From Candidatus Kerfeldbacteria bacterium (GTDB taxonomy: Bacteria > Patescibacteriota > Patescibacteriia > UBA10025 > JAHIVO01): 64,000 nucleotides of DNA. Where the stretch lies: positions 841,041 through 905,040 of the forward strand of contig CP181398.1 of assembly GCA_047946875.1 (NCBI GenBank), given 5' to 3'. A program made the translations under genes and the position numbers. A model generated the notes under the pieces. It was given only the letters and a program-made list of their open reading frames with translations, did not search any database and had not been told where the DNA came from. Within the stretch, counting starts at the first letter, position 1; every line of letters begins with the position of its first letter. Below are positions 1 to 10,508 of the stretch, piece after piece.

Positions 1-260
1 TCACCACGAACATGGTCGCCATCTTTTTCTTCTACATCAACAACAACAGGCGCTGGTGTAGGAGCAGCTGTATTTGTATTTACTACAGCGGTTGTATTAG
101 TATTTGTTTTGGTAGTTGAATCATCATTATCATCAACCATTGAAAATATCATAAACATTCCAATAATTGCAGCAACTGCAACACCAGATAAAATACCCAT
201 AACGAAAGACATTTTTGGGGGCATTTTATATACTATTTTTTCTTTTTTCTCTTCAGTCAT
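1..260 (-). CDS. DsbA-like thioredoxin-fold protein, N-terminal part (gene continues beyond window start)
   Basis: Reverse translation from rc ATG at 258-260 gives MTEEKKEKIVYKMPPKMSFVMGILSGVAVAAIIGMF...DGDHVRG, with the same architecture as the 1776..2567 DsbA paralog (TM anchor, Thr/Asn-rich linker, DHxRG). Truncated by the window edge. Confidence 0.5.
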   Translation of the reverse strand, partial: MTEEKKEKIVYKMPPKMSFVMGILSGVAVAAIIGMFMIFSMVDDNDDSTTKTNTNTTAVVNTNTAAPTPAPVVVDVEEKDGDHVRG

Positions 261-352
261 ATTTTATTTTAATTAATTATTTATTAAATAAATGCTAATA
301 TATAATAACACAAAAAATTATGTTTTCCAAGGATAAAGCTTAATTATTAAGA

Positions 353-1123
353 TTAATTATAAATTACTAATAACTCCTCAATAATAGTCTTAAAATTATC
401 AACTGATATTGATCCTTCAAACTTAGTACCATTTATAAAAAAAGTTGGTGTACCGTCAACTCCAGCCACTATACCGCTGGCAAAATCCTGTTGAGTTTCT
501 TCATAATAACGACCACTGTCCAGACATTCATTAAACTGCTCTGTATCAAGACCTATTTCTCCAGCATATTGTTTGATTGCACTAACAGATAAATCAGAAT
601 TTATAAATAGTTTATCATGTAATTCCCAAAATTTATCTTGCTCAGAAGCACATTCCCCAGCTTCTGCAGCTTTTTGTGCCTGTGGATGTATTGTACTATT
701 GGTGAAATCCCTATAGATAAATTTTATTTGATCACCATATGTACTAATAATCTCTCTTACTGTTGGGAATGCTTGAGTACAATAAGGACATTGAAAATCT
801 GAAAATTCTACGATAACAATTTTTGCGTCATCGGATCCGGCATATGGATCATCATTAGTAGCAATGTCATGGATAGTAGCATTATCATCATATAAAATTG
901 TATCAATATTATCTTTAACTAAACCATAAAACCAAACTCCAATTACTATCAATAAAATTATAAAAAAACCAATAACTACCCACAAAACTCTGTGGGATTT
1001 CTTTTCTTTTTTCGGTTGTTTTTTACCTCCTTTAGACACTCGAACTTGCTGCGTTATTTGTATAGTGTCTTCGGATGGTAAATTTAAATCTAATTCATCT
1101 GTCATAGTATTAGTATATATCAA
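353..1123 (-). CDS. Membrane-anchored DsbA-family thiol:disulfide oxidoreductase
   Basis: N-terminal TM helix followed by a thioredoxin fold with the active site FSDFQCPYCTQ (CPYC), typical of the DsbA family. Confidence 0.75.
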   Translation of the reverse strand: MIYTNTMTDELDLNLPSEDTIQITQQVRVSKGGKKQPKKEKKSHRVLWVVIGFFIILLIVIGVWFYGLVKDNIDTILYDDNATIHDIATNDDPYAGSDDAKIVIVEFSDFQCPYCTQAFPTVREIISTYGDQIKFIYRDFTNSTIHPQAQKAAEAGECASEQDKFWELHDKLFINSDLSVSAIKQYAGEIGLDTEQFNECLDSGRYYEETQQDFASGIVAGVDGTPTFFINGTKFEGSISVDNFKTIIEELLVIYN

Positions 1124-1157
1124 ATTTGCATAATCTTAAAGTGTTAAAACTAAGAAT

Positions 1158-1724
1158 TTATTTAGTATTAATTTTACAAACATTAGGATTAATTATTTTT
1201 TTTGCTAATAAATATATTGCAAATAATATAAATATCATACCAATTAATCCAAATTCAACCCCATTAAATGGTAAAAAACCGATTAAAGCTGACGTCGAGG
1301 ATATTCCAAATATTGACGTTAATAATACTGACCCACATGAAGCACATCCAACACCTAAAACTCCAATTACCGTTCCTATCAACCCAGCACCACTCGCTCG
1401 TTCGTTCTTAATACGTACTTTTAGATAATAAACTAACATTGATAAATTAATTGAAGTAAATAGTGCTATAACAATTGCAATAATCCTAGAAGATGCACTA
1501 AAATTAGAACCTATTGAACCCAAACTATAATAAAAAACTTTTATTTTTTCTCCAAAATCATATACATTATTAGTTAGCACTTCCCATAAAAATTTATATA
1601 TTGGTGAATAAATAAAAAATATCATCATTAATATAAAAATAATTATGGTCAATATTATATATTTAGGCCTTCTCAAAACTTCAATAAATCCCAGCCAAGT
1701 ATTTTTTATTATATTTTTTATCAT
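1158..1724 (-). CDS. Polytopic membrane protein with conserved GCASCG (CxxC) motif; possible redox partner of the DsbA paralogs
   Basis: Four or more hydrophobic segments. A CxxC lies in a TM-like segment (GVGCASCGSVLL). The gene sits between two DsbA genes. Family unknown. Confidence 0.45.
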   Translation of the reverse strand: MIKNIIKNTWLGFIEVLRRPKYIILTIIIFILMMIFFIYSPIYKFLWEVLTNNVYDFGEKIKVFYYSLGSIGSNFSASSRIIAIVIALFTSINLSMLVYYLKVRIKNERASGAGLIGTVIGVLGVGCASCGSVLLTSIFGISSTSALIGFLPFNGVEFGLIGMIFILFAIYLLAKKIINPNVCKINTK

Positions 1725-1775
1725 ATCTATAACTAAGAGGGCGAATAAATATTCACCCCCTTATTATATTAATCA

Positions 1776-2567
1776 TTATAGCAAACCGTCAATAGCAGCT
1801 TTAACTGAAGAAATTGGTTGAGCGCCACTAATTGGGATAATCTCTCCATCTTTACTTATCGCAACTGAGTATGGCGTACCATTGCCACCGGCAGTAGTAG
1901 CATCTTGTAATTGACTGGCTACTTTTTCAGCATACTTCCCGCTATCAAGACATGTTTGAAAGGCAGTAGCATCAAGGCCAACGTCAGTAGCAATAACCGC
2001 TAATTGACTTGCTTCCAATCCATTATTAGTAGGGGTAATCTCATATAAGCGATCTATATAAGCCCAAAAGCCATCATTACCTCCGAGTTCTTCAGCACAC
2101 TCTGTTGCCTCTGCTTCTTTTCTTGCTTTAGAATGCAAAGAATCTAATGGGAAGTGTCTATAAACCCATGCTACTTGACCATCATAATCGGCAACAACCT
2201 GTTTTAAAGTAGGATGAAATCTCTGACAAAACGGACACTCTGTATCAGAAAACTCTACAATAACAACATCCGCTGTTTCAAGATCCCCTCTAATGTGATC
2301 ATCACTAGTAACTGGAGCTACTTGAATATCTTGACTTGGCGTTGGGGCGGCTGCTACTGGAACCGTATTTGTACCTGTAGCTGTATTTGTATTACCAAAA
2401 GTTGTTTTTGTATCTGACTTATCTAAATCAACTCCACCTGACAATAACATTACAAAAAAACCAATAGTAGCTATAGCCATTATTCCCGCTAAAGCCCCTA
2501 TCATAAAAGTTTTTTGACTACCTAACACTTCAAAAACGCTAGGTTTTTTTTCATTATTTGTTTCCAT
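1776..2567 (-). CDS. Membrane-anchored DsbA-family thiol:disulfide oxidoreductase (second paralog)
   Basis: TM anchor, Thr-rich linker, FSDTECPFCQRFHP active site (CPFC), DsbA-like C-terminal helices. Confidence 0.75.
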   Translation of the reverse strand: METNNEKKPSVFEVLGSQKTFMIGALAGIMAIATIGFFVMLLSGGVDLDKSDTKTTFGNTNTATGTNTVPVAAAPTPSQDIQVAPVTSDDHIRGDLETADVVIVEFSDTECPFCQRFHPTLKQVVADYDGQVAWVYRHFPLDSLHSKARKEAEATECAEELGGNDGFWAYIDRLYEITPTNNGLEASQLAVIATDVGLDATAFQTCLDSGKYAEKVASQLQDATTAGGNGTPYSVAISKDGEIIPISGAQPISSVKAAIDGLL

Positions 2568-2642
2568 AATAAAATTTAATTAATAATAATTTAATAAAAC
2601 AATATAAATACTTTACTAATTGTACTTATATTTTAAATATTA

Positions 2643-3020
2643 TTAATCAAAATATTTACCATGAATAATTCCTCTAGCTAATGCGAAGTTTAATGAATTT
2701 TTTGGCTTAATAACAGCTACAAAATAATTAAGATTAATTTTATTCCCTAAACGTCTATCCTTAATTGCAAAAGTTACTAGATAAAAAATAATGATAGATA
2801 AAACTAATTGCAAAAAATTTGAATTATTTATAATGGCTAGCATTAATTGTTTTATATGTTCAAATTGAACCTTGGTCTGAGTTAAAGTCTGCATCCGACA
2901 CATTAATGCTGAATCGCTTAGTCCAACTGGATTACAGTTTAAACTAACAAAAGGCATTATTAACAATGTTGATAAAAATACGATTAATACAATTTTTTTG
3001 ACTAATGGCCTATGTATCAT
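2643..3020 (-). CDS. Small hypothetical membrane protein
   Basis: ORF with two hydrophobic segments. No recognisable motif. Confidence 0.3.
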   Translation of the reverse strand: MIHRPLVKKIVLIVFLSTLLIMPFVSLNCNPVGLSDSALMCRMQTLTQTKVQFEHIKQLMLAIINNSNFLQLVLSIIIFYLVTFAIKDRRLGNKINLNYFVAVIKPKNSLNFALARGIIHGKYFD

Positions 3021-3078
3021 ATTTCAAGCATATTATACTAGATAACGATAAATTAGTTAAATAGTGCATTTCAAATTA

Positions 3079-3570
3079 TTATAATTGCTCATCAATTGAA
3101 ATGTCATATTTTTCCGAAATTATTTGCCTCAACACATCAATATGTTTCTCCCCAAGTTCTTCAGCGATTGATTTAGCAAAATATTGAGTTAAATATTTAT
3201 TACCATGGCCTTCGAGTATCTCTCCTATACATTCTCCACAAGGATGTACACCATTAACAATGTCCTCAATGCAGGTGCAAGATGCTCCCTCACCATGTTT
3301 TGGATCTTTTTCTATACAATATGTACATGACTTATCTAAACAGCATGTATACATGCCTGCATCTCTCATAGTATTTTGTATCTTATCTTTATGCTCAAGA
3401 TAAGCATCTCGATGTTCATCCATATTCATATGTTCCATATTATGACCATTGCTATACATAGGCATAAACTTCATCACCCCAGGTCCAACATATATAAATG
3501 CTAACATTGCTACTATTGCCCCAGCTGAAGCAAAACCAACCCCATTAAACCAAAATGTTTTATTTTTCAT
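3079..3570 (-). CDS. Membrane-anchored Cys/His/Met-rich metal (likely copper)-binding protein
   Basis: N-terminal TM. An HNMEHMNMDEH His/Met cluster. Eleven Cys in CxxC-like pairs (CTYC, CTC, CGEC). Located in the copper island. Confidence 0.45.
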   Translation of the reverse strand: MKNKTFWFNGVGFASAGAIVAMLAFIYVGPGVMKFMPMYSNGHNMEHMNMDEHRDAYLEHKDKIQNTMRDAGMYTCCLDKSCTYCIEKDPKHGEGASCTCIEDIVNGVHPCGECIGEILEGHGNKYLTQYFAKSIAEELGEKHIDVLRQIISEKYDISIDEQL

Positions 3571-3591
3571 AATTTTATTGAGATATTATTA

Positions 3592-4083
3592 TTAAAGCTT
3601 CATATACACAGACGAGACACCATCCTTTAATGCATAAATTGTAAACTTGCCAACTTTAGTTCCTGGCATACCAGGTGAACCGGCGGGCATATCAGGCAAT
3701 GCAATCCCGTCAATATCAGGTTTTTCAGTTAACATCTTATTGATTGCTTCCATAGGTACATGCCCCTCAACAATATAATCACCATAAATTGAAGTATGAC
3801 AACTCTCCATATCTGCAGGAATATTATATTTGTCTTTAATGGAAGACATATTACTTTCTTTAATTATATCTACCTCATATCCTGCATCTTCTACATAAGA
3901 AGCATGTTTTACACAACAACCACAAGTTGGTGATTTATACATCGTTACCTGATCAGATTCTCCATCACTGCTAATATTTATTTTCGTATTCGTTGATTTT
4001 TGTTCAGATGGTAGTACAAAATACACCCCACCCGCTAACACAATAATGCCTACTATTATAATTATCTTATTTCTTAAAATCAT
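3592..4083 (-). CDS. DUF411 (CopG-like) periplasmic metal-binding protein
   Basis: Signal/TM then YKSPTCGCCVKH, matching the conserved CGCC motif of the DUF411 family found in copper-resistance loci. Confidence 0.6.
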   Translation of the reverse strand: MILRNKIIIIVGIIVLAGGVYFVLPSEQKSTNTKINISSDGESDQVTMYKSPTCGCCVKHASYVEDAGYEVDIIKESNMSSIKDKYNIPADMESCHTSIYGDYIVEGHVPMEAINKMLTEKPDIDGIALPDMPAGSPGMPGTKVGKFTIYALKDGVSSVYMKL

Positions 4084-4095
4084 ATTATTAAATTA

Positions 4096-6252
4096 TTAAT
4101 TATCAATCTTTTTTGTTTTTATCCTCAAACTATTCAATACCACACTAACGCTAGAGAAAGCCATGGCGCCGGCTGCGATCATCGGACTTAATAATCCAAA
4201 AGCGGCTAATGGTATAGCGGCTACATTATAAAAGAACGCCCAAAACAAATTTTGTTTAATTGTATTATAGGTTATTCGTGACAAGGCAATAGCTTCAAGC
4301 ACTTTAGTCGGACTACCTTTTACCAATACAATATTGCCGGACTCAATAGCAATGTCAGTCCCAGTCCCAATAGCTATCCCAAGATCAGCCTGAACTAAAG
4401 CTGGCGCATCATTAATCCCATCACCAACCATGGCCACAATATTACCCTTTTTTTGTAATTCTTTTACCTTGTCTTGTTTGTCCTCCGGTTTCACTCTAGC
4501 CTTCCATTCATCAATACCAAGCTTATCTGCTATTACCTGGGCAGTTTTTTCATTATCTCCAGTTAACATAACGGGCTTAATCCCAAAAGATAATAATTTT
4601 TCAATAACCCCTTTTGATTCTTCTTTAACTTCATCCGCCACACTTATATATCCCATATATTTTCCATCGTAGGCTAATTCCATAACTGTCATTCCTTTTG
4701 ATTCTTCTTTATTTATTTCACCTGCTTCTATAGATGAGATAATAATATTATGCTCAACTAGAAATTCATTATTTCCAAAAAATGCTTTTTTACCATTAAC
4801 TAAGCCAGTAACACCTCGTCCTACCACAGATGAAAAATCTTTTGCCGAATCAACAACAATGTTTTCTTTTTGAGCCTTATTTACAATTGCTTTTGCAAGA
4901 GGGTGTTCGGAATTCTTTTCTAAGGCCAATGCTAACTTCAACACTTCACTAGACGTATAATCAACTACCTCTGGCTCACCTTTTGTAAGAGTCCCCGTCT
5001 TATCAAAAATAATCGTATCAATTTTCTTACCTCTTTCTAATGATTCACCATTTTTTATCAAAATACCACGACTCGCTCCTCTTCCCGTCCCAACCATAAT
5101 AGCTGTAGGCGTTGCCAGTCCTAATGCACAAGGACACGCAATAACTAATACTGCGACTGCGGGAATAATACTTTCTGAGATACTACCGGTAACCAAATAC
5201 CATATAATCGCAGTAACTATTGCTAAGCTAATCACCACTGGTACAAAAACAGCCGCAATACGATCAGCTAATCTCTGGATAGGCGCTTTTGCTCCTTGAG
5301 CTTCCTCCACCATATTAACAATCTGCGCTAATACCGTATTCTGACCGATCTTAACTGCTTCGACTTGTACTGCACCATCAATATTTATTGTTGCTCCATA
5401 AACACTATCCCCAACCTTTTTACCTACTGGCATTGACTCACCAGTTAACATTGATTCATCAATAGAGCTACGTCCAGAAATTATTTTCCCATCAACTGGG
5501 ACCTTCTCTCCTGGTTTTATTATTAACACATCCCCTACAGCTACTTGCTCCACTGGAACATCTGTCTCCTGACCATCTTTTAACAAATGTGCTGTCTTAG
5601 CGCCTAACTGTAATAACTTCTTAATTGCTTCACTTGCACTTCCCTTACTTTTTACTTCGAAATATCGTCCGAGTAATATCAAGGCAGTAATCACCGCACC
5701 AGTCTCAAAATATATTTCTGTTCCATTTTGTGTCATTACCCAGATGCTGTAAATAAATGCAGCCAATGTACCAATTGAAATCAGAGTATCCATATTTGCC
5801 GATACATTTTTAAGTCTATTCCACATACCTTTATGAAACTCAAAACCAATAACAAATATTGCGATTGCGCTCAATATCAATTGCAACCAAATAGACAAAT
5901 CAAAATTAAATATCTCCACTCCTAAATTAATCTTTGCCATAGCCAGGACCATAACTGGGATTGCAATAGCCAAAGATATAATTGCTTTATTTTTAGCTTT
6001 AGACAAGCTTTCTTCAGTCATTAACTGATTCTCTGTCGAGACATTTTTAACTACTCCGTAACCATTTTTCTTAACCACTTCATACAAATCCTCTTTAGAT
6101 AATTTTTTTTCATTATAAGTAATCGTTGCATTATTCAATGCCAAATTAACACTTACTTTATCAACTCCTTCCATTTTATTAAAACTTCTTTCATTCCTTG
6201 CACTACATGATGCACAATGCATACCGGTAATACCAAATTTTACTTTCTTCAT
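4096..6252 (-). CDS. copA: Copper-translocating P1B-type ATPase
   Basis: N-terminal HMA domain ([12 protein letters not shown]). CPC ion-transduction motif ([11 protein letters not shown]). DKTGTLT phosphorylation site. [10 protein letters not shown] hinge. Confidence 0.9.
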   Translation of the reverse strand: MKKVKFGITGMHCASCSARNERSFNKMEGVDKVSVNLALNNATITYNEKKLSKEDLYEVVKKNGYGVVKNVSTENQLMTEESLSKAKNKAIISLAIAIPVMVLAMAKINLGVEIFNFDLSIWLQLILSAIAIFVIGFEFHKGMWNRLKNVSANMDTLISIGTLAAFIYSIWVMTQNGTEIYFETGAVITALILLGRYFEVKSKGSASEAIKKLLQLGAKTAHLLKDGQETDVPVEQVAVGDVLIIKPGEKVPVDGKIISGRSSIDESMLTGESMPVGKKVGDSVYGATINIDGAVQVEAVKIGQNTVLAQIVNMVEEAQGAKAPIQRLADRIAAVFVPVVISLAIVTAIIWYLVTGSISESIIPAVAVLVIACPCALGLATPTAIMVGTGRGASRGILIKNGESLERGKKIDTIIFDKTGTLTKGEPEVVDYTSSEVLKLALALEKNSEHPLAKAIVNKAQKENIVVDSAKDFSSVVGRGVTGLVNGKKAFFGNNEFLVEHNIIISSIEAGEINKEESKGMTVMELAYDGKYMGYISVADEVKEESKGVIEKLLSFGIKPVMLTGDNEKTAQVIADKLGIDEWKARVKPEDKQDKVKELQKKGNIVAMVGDGINDAPALVQADLGIAIGTGTDIAIESGNIVLVKGSPTKVLEAIALSRITYNTIKQNLFWAFFYNVAAIPLAAFGLLSPMIAAGAMAFSSVSVVLNSLRIKTKKIDN

Positions 6253-6261
6253 AAATTTAAT

Positions 6262-6477
6262 TTAGTTATTTTCTAAAGTTACTTGATATTCATTTCCATC
6301 TTCAATTTCTTTTTTTAAAATTTGTAAATCAAGATTTTCTTTATGATTAATTAGAGCTTTGTCCGTACTTTCATCTACATTACAAGATTCTACTCCCTCA
6401 ATATCTTGACATATGTCCTCTATCAGCGCCTTACACGATGAACAATGCATGCCCTTAATACTTATTGTTGTTTTCAT
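6262..6477 (-). CDS. copZ: Copper chaperone, HMA domain (CopZ-like)
   Basis: 71 aa with GMHCSSCKALIE (MxCxxC) HMA motif immediately upstream of copA. Confidence 0.75.
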   Translation of the reverse strand: MKTTISIKGMHCSSCKALIEDICQDIEGVESCNVDESTDKALINHKENLDLQILKKEIEDGNEYQVTLENN

Positions 6478-6495
6478 ATCTATATTTATTAATTG

Positions 6496-7875
6496 TTATA
6501 TCACTACTTCAATTGTACCCGATACCATACCCATCCAACAACTATACTTATATACCCCCGGTTCATCAGCCGTAAAGATCTTTATACTAGTCTGGCCTGG
6601 AGTTAATGCTATTTCTCCATTGAATAAGCTCCTTGAAATAATCGCATTTGTACATCCACTAGTACCAGTATCTAGTACCTCCCATCGAACAGGAATACCA
6701 GCTCTTACTTTCAAATTTTTGGGCTCATAACCATACACCGATGCTTCAGATTTTAATACCTGCACTCCATCGATAATTTGCGGTAAATCGTCATCAATAA
6801 TTTCTTGATCCGATGCATGAATAGTATCAAATCTAATATCACTTAAACTTGGTGCACCCAAAACATTTAATTGAGCATTAATATTATAAATAGCAAAAAA
6901 TAGTACCAAAATTCCAGCAACTTTAGAAAAATTCGCTGCAAGTTTTGGTTTTTCATAAAACTTAATACTTGAAATACCAATAGCTAATAAAGGCGCTAAA
7001 CTTCCTAAGGCAAAAAATAACATAATCAGACCACCTTGTATTGCGCTACCAGATAATAAAGCCATCCCTTGCGCAGTGATAGTAAATCCACATGGTAAAA
7101 TAAAGGTTAGTGCCCCCATAATCATAGGCATCGTTTTACCGTTAAATTTTGTTTCATCAGAAATTCTATGTGTAATAAAATTTGGCAATCTAATTTGAAA
7201 TCTTTGGAATGATTTTACGCCAAATAACTGGAGTCCAAGAAAAATCATCATAACCGATACACCAAAAATTACCACAGAATAAAATGATATTGATAACTGC
7301 AACTTACTTCCAATAGCTCCTAATATCAATCCAAATACAGAATATGAAACTAGTCGACCAATATTAAATAAAACGTGAGGCTGAGCGCGATGAATAAAAG
7401 TTTCTTTCTCTCCATATAGATCTGACCACTGTTTAGAAACTGATAAAATTATCCCACCAACTAAAGCCGCGCACGTAGATAACCCTGCTAACAAACCAAA
7501 TATGAAAAATGTTGGCAATGAAGAGTTCGCACTAACTGACACCAAGCTAGAAAGACCCGTCTTATTAATCAGTAAAAAACCGACAATTAATAAAATCGCA
7601 ATACCAATAACCATGTATGAATTTTTTGATTTAGATGATTTGGGTACAAACCCCTCCATTTCATAGAAGCTGTAATTTTCTGACTTAAATATTTTATTTA
7701 ACTCTTTTATACTTGGAATTTCCTCATTACCGCTGATTTGCACTTCATCGTTTGATAATGATACTTTAACCTTACTAACCCCGGATAATTTCTTTATTTT
7801 TCTTTCAATTAAAACAGGACATGCTGCACAATGCATACCTTCAATAAAATATTTTGTTTTGATATTATTTTCCAT
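6496..7875 (-). CDS. Fusion protein: N-terminal HMA domain + CcdA/DsbD-like thiol-disulfide membrane domain + C-terminal beta-rich cupredoxin-like domain
   Basis: GMHCAACPVLIE HMA motif. A 6-TM core with the two CcdA-type Cys (LSTCAALVGG and FILPCGFTI). The C-terminal ~120 aa ends in YKYSCWMGM. Confidence 0.55.
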   Translation of the reverse strand: MENNIKTKYFIEGMHCAACPVLIERKIKKLSGVSKVKVSLSNDEVQISGNEEIPSIKELNKIFKSENYSFYEMEGFVPKSSKSKNSYMVIGIAILLIVGFLLINKTGLSSLVSVSANSSLPTFFIFGLLAGLSTCAALVGGIILSVSKQWSDLYGEKETFIHRAQPHVLFNIGRLVSYSVFGLILGAIGSKLQLSISFYSVVIFGVSVMMIFLGLQLFGVKSFQRFQIRLPNFITHRISDETKFNGKTMPMIMGALTFILPCGFTITAQGMALLSGSAIQGGLIMLFFALGSLAPLLAIGISSIKFYEKPKLAANFSKVAGILVLFFAIYNINAQLNVLGAPSLSDIRFDTIHASDQEIIDDDLPQIIDGVQVLKSEASVYGYEPKNLKVRAGIPVRWEVLDTGTSGCTNAIISRSLFNGEIALTPGQTSIKIFTADEPGVYKYSCWMGMVSGTIEVVI

Positions 7876-7932
7876 ACATACTAAAAAATTAATGATAAAT
7901 TAATCACTACTCAAAAATAGTTTATATGGGTG

Positions 7933-8250
7933 TTACTCCTTTAAAAAAATTGTATTAAAAAGAAATAACTGTTGTAATTTAAATTCTTTTTCTTCTAACC
8001 AAATGAATTTATAAGTATATATAATTCCCAAAACAATAAAAATAAAAATACCAAAAATTTGTACTACTATAGGTATTGGTGCTGAATTATGCATATTTAG
8101 CGGGGTCATCTTAAGACAATAACCAATACAATCAGAGTCCATATTATTCATATCACCCATCATTGGATTCATGAATAATGACGGAGACAATGCTACAAAT
8201 CCAGACAATACTATTATACTTAAAGCTAATATTATTAATGATTTATTCAT
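7933..8250 (-). CDS. Small hypothetical membrane protein
   Basis: 105-aa ORF with two hydrophobic helices. Confidence 0.3.
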   Translation of the reverse strand: MNKSLIILALSIIVLSGFVALSPSLFMNPMMGDMNNMDSDCIGYCLKMTPLNMHNSAPIPIVVQIFGIFIFIVLGIIYTYKFIWLEEKEFKLQQLFLFNTIFLKE

Positions 8251-8344
8251 AAATATATAATATATAATAACTGTGAAACAATCAAGTGCTATATCAAAAA
8301 ACCATAAATTTCTAATACTTCATGGTTTTTATAAAATTATATTT

Positions 8345-8554
8345 TTACGGAACTAATTGTTTACCTTCATCGTCATATATTTCTATTGCCTGTGTTGGAC
8401 AAGATTTTGCAGCATCAATTATTGTTTGCTCATCATCACCATCTGGATTCTTTAATATGACAATACCCTCATCATCTAACTCAAACGTATCTGGTGCAAT
8501 CGCTACACAAGTAGCAGCAGAAATACATTTGTCACGTAGAATTTTTACTTTCAT
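8345..8554 (-). CDS. Single-cluster ferredoxin (3Fe-4S/4Fe-4S type)
   Basis: 69 aa with CISAATC...CP Cys spacing, typical of small monocluster ferredoxins. Confidence 0.7.
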   Translation of the reverse strand: MKVKILRDKCISAATCVAIAPDTFELDDEGIVILKNPDGDDEQTIIDAAKSCPTQAIEIYDDEGKQLVP

Positions 8555-8619
8555 AATTTATGTTTTTATTAATCTTAATTAATTAATTTTAACATATTCT
8601 TGTATAAAAATGCAAAACA

Positions 8620-9141
8620 CTATTCTGTTGCAGTATTATTAGCTGTTTCATCGACAAATGTTCTACTGGCTAATTGTTGGTCTATTAACAATAATCCATT
8701 GCCATCATCTCCAACTTTCTTAAGATTTTCTGCAATTTCAGTACTATTTGCCTCTTCTTCTACTTGTTCTTTAATAAACCAATGCAATAATTCTTGAGAA
8801 GCATAATCTTTTTCTTGAGTAGCTAATTCATATAGATCATTTATCATACCAGTAACTTTTTGTTCATGTTCATATGCTTTTTGAAAAACATCATGTGGTG
8901 AAGTAAAATTTATTTCTGGTTTATCAAGTGCTTGTAAATCTGTTTGTCCTCCTCGATCTAATATAAATTGAAATAATTTCAAGGCATGCGTTAGCTCTTC
9001 TTGATATTGAATTTTCAACCAATTAGCCATTCCTTTGAAATTATTTGTTTCACAATAAGCGGACATTGCTAAATATAAGAATGCGGAGTAAAACTCTGCC
9101 GCAACTTGTTTATTTATTGCTTCATTAATTTTTTTATTCAT
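8620..9141 (-). CDS. Ferritin-like iron storage protein
   Basis: Ferritin di-iron ligand pattern (E...ExxH...E). Recognisable ferritin helices (FYSAFLYLAMSAYCE, QYQEELTHALKLF). Confidence 0.7.
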   Translation of the reverse strand: MNKKINEAINKQVAAEFYSAFLYLAMSAYCETNNFKGMANWLKIQYQEELTHALKLFQFILDRGGQTDLQALDKPEINFTSPHDVFQKAYEHEQKVTGMINDLYELATQEKDYASQELLHWFIKEQVEEEANSTEIAENLKKVGDDGNGLLLIDQQLASRTFVDETANNTATE

Positions 9142-9153
9142 CTTCTTTGGATA

Positions 9154-9792
9154 TTAATTATTATATAATTCACTAACCTTATTCCAGTTTACCACGTTCC
9201 AGAAAGCTTTCACATAATCAGGTCGCCTATTCTGATATTTCAAATAATAAGCATGCTCCCAGACATCAAGAGCTAAAATTGGCTTCCTGCCTTCTGATAA
9301 TGGTGTATCTTGATTCGAGGTTTTCTCAACTACTAATTTATCACCATCTTTTGATAGCCAGGCCCAACCAGAACCAAACTGAGTGTTAGCGGAGTCTTCA
9401 AACTCTTTTTGAAATTTCTCAAAACTTCCAAAATCTTTTTCTATCGCAGTAAGTAAGTCACCCTCTGGTTTTCCAGAACCATCTGGTCCCATTACCTCCC
9501 AGAACAAACCATGATTTACGTGACCTCCACCGTTATTCCTAACAGAACTCCTAATATCTTCAGGGACTGAATCCAAATCCATTAATATTTCTTCTGCAGT
9601 TTTATTAAAAAATTCATCATTCCCTTCTAAAGCAGTATTAAACTTTGTAGTATAAGCCGCGTGATGCTTATCATGATGGATTGTCATTGTTTCTTTATCT
9701 ATATATGATTCTAGTGCATCATATGCATAAGGTAATTCTGGTGTAGTAAATTGTGTTTTCATATTATATCTATCAATTATTAAGTTATTCAA
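9154..9792 (-). CDS. sod: Fe/Mn superoxide dismutase
   Basis: [17 protein letters not shown] and [18 protein letters not shown] motifs. The true start may be the internal Met ([12 protein letters not shown]) at 9762. Confidence 0.9.
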   Translation of the reverse strand: MNNLIIDRYNMKTQFTTPELPYAYDALESYIDKETMTIHHDKHHAAYTTKFNTALEGNDEFFNKTAEEILMDLDSVPEDIRSSVRNNGGGHVNHGLFWEVMGPDGSGKPEGDLLTAIEKDFGSFEKFQKEFEDSANTQFGSGWAWLSKDGDKLVVEKTSNQDTPLSEGRKPILALDVWEHAYYLKYQNRRPDYVKAFWNVVNWNKVSELYNN

Positions 9793-9825
9793 CTATAAAT
9801 TATTGCTAAAATTAGTGCAAATCGC

Positions 9826-10203
9826 TCATTTCTTTTTTATTTTTAATGCTGCTCTAACAGTTTCCAAAGCTAATAAAGCACATTTTCTCCTAGCTGGGGT
9901 TATAGGTGCTTGCATCTCTTTTAGAAAATCTTTATCAGTATATTTATTCATCTGAGCTAATGATTTACCTTTAATTACTTCAGTCAGTATAGAGCCACCT
10001 GCTCTGGATACGCTACATCCAGCACCATGAAATTTAATATCATCAATTTTTCCAGCTTTACTAAGCTTGATATCCATAGTCATCTCATCTCCACAAAGAG
10101 GATTTTTTTTATCTGCAGTAGCGTTTGCATTTTTAATCTTACCGAAATTACGCGGATTCTTATAATGATCTAATATAATTTCTCGGTACATGTCGAATGT
10201 CAT
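9826..10203 (-). CDS. sufU: SufU/IscU-type Fe-S cluster scaffold
   Basis: YKNPRNFG...CGDEMTMDIKL...HGAGCSVS conserved Cys ligands. Adjacent to sufS. Confidence 0.8.
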   Translation of the reverse strand: MTFDMYREIILDHYKNPRNFGKIKNANATADKKNPLCGDEMTMDIKLSKAGKIDDIKFHGAGCSVSRAGGSILTEVIKGKSLAQMNKYTDKDFLKEMQAPITPARRKCALLALETVRAALKIKKK

Positions 10204-10505
10204 AATTTTTTGAAAGGATAATTTTTAGTTTTAAAAAAAATATAATAAAAGTCTTTATAATACAATCCTTGAATAAGCATACCAAACAATAAGCCATAGA
10301 CGATCGGATTGTAAAATTCTAGATTATATATAATAAACAAGCCTAATGCTGAAAAAATCCAATGATGCAACCATAAGGTATAATTGCCTATTTTCCATTT
10401 TAAAGAGAACAATCTACCTTCATCCCCCTCCTTATTTCCTGCGGTATACCTAGCTACTAGGAAACCAGCTACTCCAAATAACAAAAATTGAATAATCCAC
10501 CACAT
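10200..10505 (-). CDS. Small membrane protein (hypothetical)
   Basis: 101-aa ORF with three hydrophobic helices, between sufS and sufU. Confidence 0.3.
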   Translation of the reverse strand: MWWIIQFLLFGVAGFLVARYTAGNKEGDEGRLFSLKWKIGNYTLWLHHWIFSALGLFIIYNLEFYNPIVYGLLFGMLIQGLYYKDFYYIFFKTKNYPFKKL

Positions 10506-10508
10506 ACT

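Noticed and set aside
1126-1428. Plus-strand 100-aa ORF
   Set aside because: It lies entirely antisense within the better-supported membrane protein gene 1158..1724 and has low-complexity composition.
4430-6730. Plus-strand ORFs 4430..4672 and 6413..6730
   Set aside because: They are antisense to copA and to the HMA-CcdA fusion gene and have no supporting signals.
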